From positions 1 through 64,000 of IMG/VR virus record IMGVR_UViG_3300030103_005573: a stretch of DNA of 64,000 nucleotides; one strand, written 5' to 3'. The DNA is from a virus. Position 1 is the first letter of the stretch, and each line of letters opens with the position of its first letter. This document shows, piece by piece, positions 39,153 through 48,519 of the stretch. The notes beneath the pieces are model-generated. The model did not search any database. It worked only from the letters and a program-made list of their open reading frames with translations, and was not told where the DNA came from. Position numbers and translations under genes: made by a program.

Positions 39153-40106
39153 CTACCAATCCCAATGGTTATTATTTTGTTTAAAATATTCAATAGTCCT
39201 CTTTAGCGACTCCTCAAGATTAACCTCTGGTCGGGACTCAATTACATTATAAAGTTTTGTATTATCTGATTGTAAGTGCCAAATCTCCCACGGGCGGACA
39301 CGAGCCTGTTCAGTAATAATATTAACTTTTTTATGACCCATTAATTTACCAATCAAATGAGCTAAGTCATAAATTTGTATACCATCTTCACTGCCCATAT
39401 TGTAAACCTCACCAAATTCTCCGAACTCTAGCAACTCAACTGCCATTCTAACTGCGTCACCAGCATACTGAAAATCTCTAAAAGAATTATTGCCTAGGTT
39501 TACATTGTGACTTCTGTCAAGTTGTTCAATGATCTCTGGAATAACATATTCATGTGTTTCTCTTTCTCCAACACAATTAAACTGACGCATAGCAATCGCT
39601 GGGACTTTTGCCTCTCTCCAGCGGACCTGTACAAGACCATCAGCAGCTAACTTTGATACACCATAAGTTGAGTGAGGAGTTACAGGATCAGTTTCTTTAA
39701 TCTTACCCTTCATGTCACCATAAATTTCAGCAGACGAAACTTGTAGCAAACCTTGGATATTAGCTTTTTGACAAGCATTTAAGACCTTCAAGACTGCCGT
39801 TGCATTAATATCAAAAAAGTGCATTGGTCTCTCAAAACACTCAGGGATATAAGGTTCGGCAGCATAATTAAAGACATACTTTATTTTGTTATCCAGAAAA
39901 ATCTTTGCTAGTTCATTCTCATCATCACGAATGTCAAACCACATAAAATCTGCTTTGTGATGAAGATGCTTTTTAAGCCCTGTTATCAAATTATCAAGAA
40001 CAAGAACTTTGCAATTCCTATCTTCTATCAAATGGTCAACAAGGTGGGAACCTAAAAAGCCAGCACCACCAATAACACACACGTTCTCATCTTTAATAGT
40101 TCTCAT
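39153..40106 (-). CDS. NAD-dependent NDP-sugar epimerase/4,6-dehydratase (extended SDR)
   Basis: GGAGFLG, SSAEIYG, YGVSK, RQFN.VG, RDFQY and VYNMGS. Confidence 0.92.
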   Translation of the reverse strand: MRTIKDENVCVIGGAGFLGSHLVDHLIEDRNCKVLVLDNLITGLKKHLHHKADFMWFDIRDDENELAKIFLDNKIKYVFNYAAEPYIPECFERPMHFFDINATAVLKVLNACQKANIQGLLQVSSAEIYGDMKGKIKETDPVTPHSTYGVSKLAADGLVQVRWREAKVPAIAMRQFNCVGERETHEYVIPEIIEQLDRSHNVNLGNNSFRDFQYAGDAVRMAVELLEFGEFGEVYNMGSEDGIQIYDLAHLIGKLMGHKKVNIITEQARVRPWEIWHLQSDNTKLYNVIESRPEVNLEESLKRTIEYFKQNNNHWDW

Positions 40107-40110
40107 AATT

Positions 40111-40734
40111 TTACTCCTCTATAAAATTAATATAAGTCTTTTTTCCTTTATTGTTAATATAATAAGAAGATTCTTTACCAGGAAAATGTAAAGCTCTAAT
40201 ATATTTTGTTAAATTTTTTACTCTATCTAAATCATTTCTGTAATAAGTTTTGGCATTTTCCGAGGGTTGTGGTACGGCAACAAAGTTTTCCTCAAGTAGA
40301 TCGACAAACCAATCTTTAAACATCTTGAAAATTAAAACATTACCTCTTTCATTAAGAGAATAAGCTGTATCAGTTTCAGATACAATAAATTCTCTTATTT
40401 CTATTATATCACCAGTATCAATCCCTTTATCAATCAAATGAAGAGTAATACCTGATTTCTTATCCTCGTTAATGAGTGTCCAACTATATGCTCCTGCTCC
40501 TCTGTATTCCGGTAAAATTCCAGGATGAAAATTGTAGCATTTTTTACCTTCCATAACGGAAGATGTTAATATAGTATCATATAGGACTGATATTACAATA
40601 CTCGCATCGTTTATCTCATCTACTAGCTCATATCCTGTAGGGATATTTTTACTAGCCCACTCTTTACAAATATTTCCTACATACCTTGATGTGGCTATAC
40701 AAACTTTCTTACGAGAGTTACAAGCTTCACTCAC
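40111..40734 (-). CDS. Formyltransferase (likely NDP-aminosugar N-formyltransferase)
   Basis: NFHPGILPEYRG and GITLHLIDKGIDTGDII give the N/H/D catalytic set of the 10-formyl-THF transferase family. It is short, lacks the Fmt C-terminal domain and sits inside a sugar cluster. Confidence 0.85.
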   Translation of the reverse strand: MSEACNSRKKVCIATSRYVGNICKEWASKNIPTGYELVDEINDASIVISVLYDTILTSSVMEGKKCYNFHPGILPEYRGAGAYSWTLINEDKKSGITLHLIDKGIDTGDIIEIREFIVSETDTAYSLNERGNVLIFKMFKDWFVDLLEENFVAVPQPSENAKTYYRNDLDRVKNLTKYIRALHFPGKESSYYINNKGKKTYINFIEE

Positions 40735-41587
40735 TTTTTAGCTCCAGTAACCTATTATACATTTCTGTAACCATGTTGTTTAGTTTATACTGGTTTGTAA
40801 ATTCTATACACTCGTTTCTATCGAGTTTAGGGGTATTGTCCCAAGTTTCTTTTAATGTTTTTTTAAAATCCTCATAACTATTGTCATTAAAATATATTGC
40901 TCGATCACCAAAATAATCTCTCGCACCCATATACTTTGAGTCACTAACCATAACAGGCTTTCCTAATCTGTGAGCTTCAATCAGTGTAAGTCCACCCGTT
41001 GATGCTTCGTGATATTCTGTAACGAGAAAACTACACTCGGCAATCACTTTGTGAAAATCTTGTTCCGATAATTTATGCAGTGATTCATACAAAGGAATTT
41101 CTAGTTCTGAACATGCCTGCTTTAGCCATCCTATATTTTTATCTTTATGATAGTATCGCATAGCCTGGTAAACATATCTACCATCTTTTATTTCCCCGTC
41201 ATAATCAAAAAGTCTTGCGTATGATTTTATTATTCTACATTTGTGTCCAAGACCTAGAAATTCTTCAGTGCGAAGATTAACCTCTTCAGAGGGAGTCCAA
41301 ATTTCTAAAGATTTATTTAATAACTCTCCGTAACCAGGCCAGTTATAACCAGCATTACTTTGCATATCCACCCAGCCATAAAAGTCCCAGTTATAATTTA
41401 TCATAGGTACCTGGGGGTTGTGCTCGTTGATTGATTTAATCTTTGGTAATTGAGAATGTGATAATCCAATCAAAAAATCACAGTCCTCTGTACAATGATT
41501 CTTTATCACTTCTACACCAAACTCTCGAAACTCATCAGCAATTTTATGAGAAAATTCATCTGGAGGTAGTACAAAACTAATCTTCAT
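40727..41587 (-). CDS. Glycosyltransferase (GT-B, GT4-like)
   Basis: EASTGGLTLIEAHRLGKPVMVSD is an E-x-GL..IEA..G.PV..SD-like motif. Confidence 0.75.
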   Translation of the reverse strand: MKISFVLPPDEFSHKIADEFREFGVEVIKNHCTEDCDFLIGLSHSQLPKIKSINEHNPQVPMINYNWDFYGWVDMQSNAGYNWPGYGELLNKSLEIWTPSEEVNLRTEEFLGLGHKCRIIKSYARLFDYDGEIKDGRYVYQAMRYYHKDKNIGWLKQACSELEIPLYESLHKLSEQDFHKVIAECSFLVTEYHEASTGGLTLIEAHRLGKPVMVSDSKYMGARDYFGDRAIYFNDNSYEDFKKTLKETWDNTPKLDRNECIEFTNQYKLNNMVTEMYNRLLELKSE

Positions 41588-42642
41588 TGTGATAGACCCT
41601 CTTTAATAACTTGTATGTATTTGGGCAGCATATTTTCCCAAGAATGTTGCTCTCCCCATAGTTTACCTTGATTTGAGTATTTTGTTATATCTTTTTTATA
41701 CCATAAGTCTATAGTATTTGCTATATTAATAGGGTCAATGGTTGCCCTATGGAAAGGAACATTTACAATTCTATCCTCAACATATCCTGATACTGGTATA
41801 AGAGGTTCGTTTGGGAGCCACAAAGTATTAGGAAACCTATCTGTTGTCATAACCAACATACCGCTGGCGTATGCCTCTTGTAGAGGTAATGACAATCCAT
41901 TAAATTTCTCTGGAAATAGAAAAACGTCACCTTCTAGGAACAGCTTATCATACTCAACTGTTCCAATACGAACATCTACTCTGCTATCACTTACATTAAT
42001 ATCTAATGGTTTCTGAGAGCGGATAATCATTTCTATCGGAGATTTTATGTGCTGTAATGATTCTATAACCTCTCTTGTCCCATTTCTATCATTTGTCCCT
42101 CCATTGCCAGCATTATAAACAAAAGTATTAGCCTGCGTTCTTTGTTTCCACGAAACATCAACCGGGATCGTTACTTGTCTTATGCTTGCCTCAGGATACA
42201 TTTTTCTGTACACTTCGTAATCTAATTTAGAAGGACAAAGATACAAATCTGCTTCCATAGGGTATGGAGTGCATTCATACATTGGCATGAGCACTGTTTT
42301 AACGCCTAATCTTTTAGCGTCTTTTAAAATATCATACCCGACTGTTCTACCATCGCTTGTCTGAATGGTAAAATAAAAAGGTATCTCAAATACAAGCAAA
42401 ACATCTATTTTTGATAAAAAATTAGTAATTACAAGTCGCTCATCAACTCCTGGGTGTTTAGTTTGTGCAAAAGAATCAGAGGGGTTACCTATGAATGAAG
42501 AATGGTTAAACCACTCTGGGTGATTTTTTAACGTTCCATGCTCTTTTATTAAAACCTCATGTACGAGCCCACTATCATAAAAAGACTTTGCAAGAACACC
42601 CAACCCTTGATTAGTTGATAAAACTATAGAACCTATTTTCAT
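41584..42642 (-). CDS. Glycosyltransferase (GT-B, GT4-like)
   Basis: DVFLFPEKFNGLSLPLQEAYASGMLVMTTD. Confidence 0.8.
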   Translation of the reverse strand: MKIGSIVLSTNQGLGVLAKSFYDSGLVHEVLIKEHGTLKNHPEWFNHSSFIGNPSDSFAQTKHPGVDERLVITNFLSKIDVLLVFEIPFYFTIQTSDGRTVGYDILKDAKRLGVKTVLMPMYECTPYPMEADLYLCPSKLDYEVYRKMYPEASIRQVTIPVDVSWKQRTQANTFVYNAGNGGTNDRNGTREVIESLQHIKSPIEMIIRSQKPLDINVSDSRVDVRIGTVEYDKLFLEGDVFLFPEKFNGLSLPLQEAYASGMLVMTTDRFPNTLWLPNEPLIPVSGYVEDRIVNVPFHRATIDPINIANTIDLWYKKDITKYSNQGKLWGEQHSWENMLPKYIQVIKEGLSQ

Positions 42643-42647
42643 TTTTA

Positions 42648-44468
42648 TTACCTATCAATTATATCTACAATGTACGATACACGATTGTCTAATGTGTGGT
42701 TTTCCTTTGTATGCTTAATACCATTTAAGATTATTTCCTCTCTATCTTTTGGGTTATCTAAAAAGAAATCAATCTTTTGTTTGAGGATATTAAAATTATT
42801 TCGCTCGAAAGTAATAAAATGTTGACCATCTGTATAATGATCTTCTATACCCTCAACATATGGGTGAATAATTAAACCACCACGACCAATTGTTTCATAA
42901 AGGCGATTTGACCAAAGGTTTTTAGATTCTACACAATCACCAATAATAACTTTAGCGGATCTAATCAATTCTGTTAATTTATCTTCTCTATACTCATCAG
43001 TATTGTTTTTCCCTGCCCAGAAAAACTTATCTCCATAGGTATTTTGTAGAAAATTAAGAAGTTTGTATCGATTCTGACCATGAAAATTCATGTCTAAGCC
43101 GCCCACAAATAAGACATCAATACTCTTCTTAGAATTTTTTACCTGCCTCTCTGTTACGCAGTTTGCTGGAAATATGGCATCCTTTAGCGGATAATGATTA
43201 ATACCACTTTCAGCAAATAAGTGCTGGTTTCCACCATCTGTAGAGAAAACATAATCTGCCTGAAACATCGGATGTTTTTGTCTTACTTCGTTTTCTCTTG
43301 GGGTGCCAAAATATAAATCAGGTACCCAGCAGACTGTCTTTATACAGTTTTTCTTTAGAGTGTCCATAAATTGACTCTGATTAGGTATTCTTAACTTGGC
43401 ATAAAAAACATAATCAGGGTTAGATCTGATCAATATATCTTGATTATTTAAATCCTCGGATAGATTAAAAGTGTCTTCATCAAATCTTAAAACTTCATAT
43501 CCACTTTTTTCTAATGATAGGGCTTTTCCTTCTTCATCATAAAGTTTTCTAAATTTTCCTATAAATGCTATTTTCTTTTTATAGTTTTTATCAATAGGCT
43601 TCTCAATGGTATCGACAAAAAGATCTATCGCCGATTTGATTCGTTTGCGTGTCTCTTTGATTAATTCATTTCCATTTAAAGAGATATGTTTCTCGCTTGC
43701 TGCTCCAATAAGTGATGAAATCGTCTTAACTTGACAATTCATCATCTTAGCCTCAACTATTAAACGGCAGAATGTTTCTAAAACTTTTGGAATAAATACC
43801 AAAGTCTCGTATGTTGCCATGGTTTTTAAGAAATCATTTGGTGGAAGTCCCCCGACAAGATCAAAATCTATCCCCTTTGATTGACAATAAGAAACACCCG
43901 CAGTCATATTCTTAGTAGGATTATCAGATTTAACAACCATAGTGCCATTGGTCTTATTAGTTGTACTTAATTGCTCAATCATATCTAACCGTGAATCAGA
44001 CCACAGACTGGTACCAATACTAAGCACATTATTAATGTTGAGAGTTCTCTCCATAACTTCTTTGCAGATTTTACTAAGACATATTACTGATTTTGCTTTT
44101 GCATAAAATCTTGAGTTAATTACATTATCAGTTGGTATTATAACCTCATTAATTGTTACTTGATTTTCACAAAAAATAGATGGGTCTCTTGTATCTAGAA
44201 ATTTATGATCATGTTCATATATTACATACTCGATATTATCGGACATATATTTTTTACAATCATAATTTAAACCAACAAAATTAGATACGATGTAAAGGAT
44301 TTTATTATTTTCTCTCAAGAACTCTAACGTTATTTTAGAGCTACTAATTTTACTAATGTTATAGCCCCTGTCTGATAACTTATTGATCAAGACATCATCA
44401 TTGAGTTCTGCTCCTCCAACAACCTGATCGCTAAAGAAGTCTGATATGAAAAACAATTCTTTATTCAT
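42648..44468 (-). CDS. Two-domain glycosyltransferase (GT-B-like N-half plus CgeB-like C-half)
   Basis: N-half VGGAE...ETFCRLIVEAKMMNC; C-half DVLFVG...R..LL..L...WSNRLYETIGRGG...HF.TF. Confidence 0.75.
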   Translation of the reverse strand: MNKELFFISDFFSDQVVGGAELNDDVLINKLSDRGYNISKISSSKITLEFLRENNKILYIVSNFVGLNYDCKKYMSDNIEYVIYEHDHKFLDTRDPSIFCENQVTINEVIIPTDNVINSRFYAKAKSVICLSKICKEVMERTLNINNVLSIGTSLWSDSRLDMIEQLSTTNKTNGTMVVKSDNPTKNMTAGVSYCQSKGIDFDLVGGLPPNDFLKTMATYETLVFIPKVLETFCRLIVEAKMMNCQVKTISSLIGAASEKHISLNGNELIKETRKRIKSAIDLFVDTIEKPIDKNYKKKIAFIGKFRKLYDEEGKALSLEKSGYEVLRFDEDTFNLSEDLNNQDILIRSNPDYVFYAKLRIPNQSQFMDTLKKNCIKTVCWVPDLYFGTPRENEVRQKHPMFQADYVFSTDGGNQHLFAESGINHYPLKDAIFPANCVTERQVKNSKKSIDVLFVGGLDMNFHGQNRYKLLNFLQNTYGDKFFWAGKNNTDEYREDKLTELIRSAKVIIGDCVESKNLWSNRLYETIGRGGLIIHPYVEGIEDHYTDGQHFITFERNNFNILKQKIDFFLDNPKDREEIILNGIKHTKENHTLDNRVSYIVDIIDR

Positions 44469-45742
44469 AGCGTGTCTAATTCCGATATATCATTATAAGT
44501 TTTGGTTTTTATTGTACCCATATGTTCCTGGTGGAATTCTTTATACTTTTGTTTAATTTTTTCAATGTCATATTTATCCAACAAATGTGTAGACAAAGAA
44601 TGAGCTTCCTCCAAAAACGAACCTTTGTTATTACTAATAAATCTTAAGTTCTTTTTAAATGAGGTTTCGTCTGGGTACGCCCACTCGCAACCCTCTACAA
44701 TAAGTCCTGGCATTATGTGTTGTGATTGGACCTTGTCTAATTTATAATCAACCTTTAGAAAATGACTTTGTAATTTAACTTTCCCGGTCTTTGATTTGAC
44801 AGGTGCTCGAAGAAAATCTAAATGACCAGACCAATTTGTTGCAATTACTGGTATTTTGTTACACGCAGCATTAAATATTGGGATACCAAACCCTTCCCCG
44901 TGAGTTGTCGTAACATAACAATCAATATATTCTGGATTATACAAAGAAGCCATTTCTTGCTCGGAAAAATTACCATGAACAAAATATATCTTACACTTCC
45001 TGTTCGGGCTAATTGTATCCAACAATCCTTTTATTATTGTTTTACTCGAATGAAAATCCAAAGTACTATTATTTTGCATATGAGCTTTGACTACTAATCC
45101 AACTTTATCATTATCTTTAAACTCTTCAACAAACCACTTAAGCATATTTTCGAAGTTTTTCCTTGGAGCTAATTGGAGAACTGTAAGAAAATTAAATTCT
45201 GTGGTTATCTCCATATCCTTATAAATATCAACCTTCTCTACGGTGGAATCATAACCAAATGGAATTACAGTTATTGGAGTAGATATCCCAACTCCATTTT
45301 GATCTTTTGTTTTCTTGAGATTTTTTTTAGCATGCTCAGATACAACAAGAATATTCTTCATCAGATTACATTTAGAAACCCATTCTGGTGGGGCAAAGGT
45401 AGTTTCCAACGCTGCTGTTACACCTATATCATTTTCTGACATTTGCTGAAATTCATTAGGTGGTCTAACTTGATATGTACAGTCAAACAATCCTGCGATG
45501 TTAACCCTTCCTTCTTGGTCAACTCTGCTTTGAAATAAATTATTTGTCTTATTAATAAGATTCTTGTACTTATTGTAATACTTTAAACTATGAGTTGCAG
45601 CAGCCCACTGGGTATCTTGAACATACACATCAAATACATCTTGCATCTCTACAAAAGAATCAAGTAAAGTACGTGCATGCTCACTGTAACCTGAGATATT
45701 ACAAACAGGTCCTACTATTAGTACTCTTGGTTTATTATTCAT
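44465..45742 (-). CDS. Glycosyltransferase family 4
   Basis: SGYSEHAR, RKNFE and DCYVTTTHGEGFGIPIFNAACNKIPVIATNWSGHLDF. Confidence 0.88.
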   Translation of the reverse strand: MNNKPRVLIVGPVCNISGYSEHARTLLDSFVEMQDVFDVYVQDTQWAAATHSLKYYNKYKNLINKTNNLFQSRVDQEGRVNIAGLFDCTYQVRPPNEFQQMSENDIGVTAALETTFAPPEWVSKCNLMKNILVVSEHAKKNLKKTKDQNGVGISTPITVIPFGYDSTVEKVDIYKDMEITTEFNFLTVLQLAPRKNFENMLKWFVEEFKDNDKVGLVVKAHMQNNSTLDFHSSKTIIKGLLDTISPNRKCKIYFVHGNFSEQEMASLYNPEYIDCYVTTTHGEGFGIPIFNAACNKIPVIATNWSGHLDFLRAPVKSKTGKVKLQSHFLKVDYKLDKVQSQHIMPGLIVEGCEWAYPDETSFKKNLRFISNNKGSFLEEAHSLSTHLLDKYDIEKIKQKYKEFHQEHMGTIKTKTYNDISELDTL

Positions 45743-46998
45743 AGTTTTTCTACCCTAATATTTTTATAATTTTTTCGTGTTTCAAATGAGCCATATTTGT
45801 CATGTATATTGGTCATTAGGTTCACCCATCGCTCATTGAACATATCAAAATTATAGTTATCCTGAACATGTTGTTTGCCTAATTTTCCTAACTCTTGTAG
45901 CTCTTCGTCTGATTTATTATACATCTCCAATAAAGCGTTTAGAAAATCTTCTTTAGAAATACGGTCCTCGTAAATATATGGAACCTGCTGTGATCCAATA
46001 ACTGCTTTAGACGCAGGTTCGATACCTACACCAAACCATCGTTCGCCGTCTGTCACCTGCTCTTGTAATCCACCCGTCATAGTAACAATAATTGGAGTCT
46101 CACAAGATAATGACTCTAGGGTTGCCAACCCAAAACCTTCAGCATCAGAAACGTTAACTGTACAGTCGGCAATATTGTATAATAAACTCATTTGCTCTGC
46201 TGGGAGTTTGGCTTTTGATATTACAACCTCTCCCTCTTTAAACCCTAATTCATTGACAAGGTATTCGAGAGGTTGACCGTGAGGGTCATTTGGATCGGTA
46301 TGCATAAATAAACATACTTTATCTCTATCAACACTTTCCATTTCCAGGAATTCACTAAACCAATACACAAGGGAACCAGACTGCTTTCGTCTTGCATTTC
46401 TATTATTCCAGAAAAATACAAACCTATCTTTCAAAGGAGGATTATTTTCTAGTATTTTATCTATTTCGTCTTGTGGTTTCTTAGAAAAGATGTTACTATT
46501 AACTGCATGAGGAATATAATGCTCCTCAACCTCAGGTGCTACAGTACGAACAATATCGCTCGTAACCTTTGAGATACTAGCGATAACATCATTAGATTCA
46601 TAATACCTTTGATTATACTTTGGATAAGGATAGTTATCCCAGACATGATAATATATCATCGGGATATTTTCTCGGATTGAATCATCAACAGACCACAGCC
46701 ATTCATAAAAACGAGGATCTGTCATAAAATATAGAATATCTGGCTTTCTTTCATTGATAAAAGTTTTTACAATCTTAGCATCGCCATAAGAATCTACTGG
46801 GAAGATCTCCCAAGTACCAGGAAATCCGTCAACTCTTTTAGGAGTATAGTCTTGATGCTTAAGCGCCCCACCTAATGAAATAACATTAAACTTCCCACTA
46901 CGGAGAAGTGCCTCTATAACATACCTTGTTTGGGTACCAACCCCAGACGGCAACAGTGGATGATCACTAATTGTTAGAACGGTAATTTTTTTATCCAA
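45739..46998 (-). CDS. Glycosyltransferase family 4
   Basis: SDHP..PSGVG, IPHAV, NRNARRK and LYNIADCTVNVSDAEGFGLATLESLSCETPII. Confidence 0.9.
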   Translation of the reverse strand: MDKKITVLTISDHPLLPSGVGTQTRYVIEALLRSGKFNVISLGGALKHQDYTPKRVDGFPGTWEIFPVDSYGDAKIVKTFINERKPDILYFMTDPRFYEWLWSVDDSIRENIPMIYYHVWDNYPYPKYNQRYYESNDVIASISKVTSDIVRTVAPEVEEHYIPHAVNSNIFSKKPQDEIDKILENNPPLKDRFVFFWNNRNARRKQSGSLVYWFSEFLEMESVDRDKVCLFMHTDPNDPHGQPLEYLVNELGFKEGEVVISKAKLPAEQMSLLYNIADCTVNVSDAEGFGLATLESLSCETPIIVTMTGGLQEQVTDGERWFGVGIEPASKAVIGSQQVPYIYEDRISKEDFLNALLEMYNKSDEELQELGKLGKQHVQDNYNFDMFNERWVNLMTNIHDKYGSFETRKNYKNIRVEKL

Positions 46999-47007
46999 TT
47001 TTGTACC

Positions 47008-47847
47008 TCATTTACAATGTTCGGTCCTGTAAAATTCACAGACACCTGGACGGTGTTTGCAACTCGTACAAGAATTTCTGTTTTTAATATATCTCTCTTT
47101 TGTTATATTGTAAAGGGCAGTTGTTAAAGATTTTAATGCATCTGTTGTTCTTTTTTTAGCCGCAGTGATCCTAACAAACTCAACCTTTTTACCAGGCTTC
47201 GCAGTCCGCTTTAATAAAACGAAGTGACAGTCAATATCTTTTGGATCTACTTCATATTTTTGAGCATAAAAATGTTTATACATAACAAGCTGGTAGGCCA
47301 TGACTTTATCGCTCTTTTTTTCACGCCGCCAACCCCAAGAACAAGTCTTCCAGTCAATCAGGTGAACTTTTTCATCCTTTTTAGAATAAACAACAAGATC
47401 AATAAACCCTTTAAATTTTTTCTCAGCATCCTTAAATTCTGTAATAGGTTCGTACAAAAACTCTTCAGCAGCCAATACGTGCCAATCCTCGCCAAGCTTC
47501 CCAAATTTTTCTACTAGAGAGCGGTAAAGGTCGGGAATAATCTCAATACCGTGAGACATCCACAAAGGCAGGTCAAACTCATTAGCCGCCCTCTGTTGTT
47601 CACCAGCCGGCAGGGCTTTCAGTTCTTTTACAAACTGTTCCTTGAGTAGGGTAGTGATCTTTTCCTGAGACCTGTATTGCTCAGTCTTTGTGAGAGTTTC
47701 CTCACACAGGGTATGTAAAGCTTTTCCAAAGGCAGTGTAGATATTACCCTCAAACTTATTGATCTTGTCAATGTAGGTAAGTTTATGATAATGCGGGCAA
47801 ATGAGCCAATTCTTCCACTCTGAATAAGAGATGTGTTTTCCAGCCAA
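47008..47847 (-). CDS. PD-(D/E)XK nuclease, Cas4/RecB/AddB-like, with probable Fe-S cysteines
   Basis: ISYS....ICP, FG.ALH, AEE, GFIDLV, LIDWKT, YQL..Y and C-terminal CTSC.....C. Confidence 0.85.
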   Translation of the reverse strand: MAGKHISYSEWKNWLICPHYHKLTYIDKINKFEGNIYTAFGKALHTLCEETLTKTEQYRSQEKITTLLKEQFVKELKALPAGEQQRAANEFDLPLWMSHGIEIIPDLYRSLVEKFGKLGEDWHVLAAEEFLYEPITEFKDAEKKFKGFIDLVVYSKKDEKVHLIDWKTCSWGWRREKKSDKVMAYQLVMYKHFYAQKYEVDPKDIDCHFVLLKRTAKPGKKVEFVRITAAKKRTTDALKSLTTALYNITKERYIKNRNSCTSCKHRPGVCEFYRTEHCK

Positions 47848-47862
47848 AGTTTTGTCACTTTC

Positions 47863-48519
47863 TTAGTTGCTTATTTCTTCTATTTTATTATAAACTTCCG
47901 GGCTTATTCTTTTTACTTTTTCTTTATTCCCTAGAAAGTACTGCTCAAATCCTGTTGCAAAATATTCACGGAGAGACATGGATGCATAAGGGCGGACAAA
48001 TATACCAGAAGTAACCAACTTTAGCATATTCTTTCCAACTCGTTTATATAGAAATTTGTCAAAATCCTGATCATATTTTAGATTTGAGAAATCATATTCC
48101 TTTGTCCAATAACCCTCTGATCTTAGTTCGAATTCTAATTGTGCTCTTTTTTTTAAGAATTCTTTCTTAATTTTTTGATCGCCATAAATTTCTTCTGGGT
48201 AGAGCATCTCAGCATGATGAGCGAATTCATGAATAATATCGTCAATTAAATCTTCGGCATTATCTTGCTCGTGTGTAATATAAAAAACACCATCTTTATA
48301 AATAGCATTAGCGTCACGGTCGTCAAATACCTTCTGGTGTCCTATCTCGACTCCCTTTAGGTCCTGGAAGAATTTAGGAGGAATTACATCCTCAATGGAT
48401 CGAAAAACTGCTTGTCCATCTACATTGTTTGTTAATTCGTCTTTCTGTACAACAGGAACGTTACCAAACCTAAAGTGTCGTGTAGTATCTTTAGTTTTCT
48501 CAAAAATGTAATCTTTCAC
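47863..48519 (-). CDS. Putative zincin metallopeptidase (HExxH)
   Basis: IIHEFAHH plus downstream YASMSLREYFATGFE and ..SPEVY..I, an anthrax-LF/Pro-Pro-endopeptidase-like arrangement. Confidence 0.7.
   Translation of the reverse strand: MKDYIFEKTKDTTRHFRFGNVPVVQKDELTNNVDGQAVFRSIEDVIPPKFFQDLKGVEIGHQKVFDDRDANAIYKDGVFYITHEQDNAEDLIDDIIHEFAHHAEMLYPEEIYGDQKIKKEFLKKRAQLEFELRSEGYWTKEYDFSNLKYDQDFDKFLYKRVGKNMLKLVTSGIFVRPYASMSLREYFATGFEQYFLGNKEKVKRISPEVYNKIEEISN

Noticed and set aside
40111-40734. Methionyl-tRNA formyltransferase (fmt)
   Set aside because: It is too short, lacks the tRNA-binding C-terminal domain and is embedded among NDP-sugar genes.
37071-46998. Bacterial O-antigen/capsule locus (host chromosome or chimeric contig)
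   Set aside because: There are no wzx/wzy/wzm/wzt or initiating transferase genes, and the cluster is seamlessly packed between phage genes on both sides.
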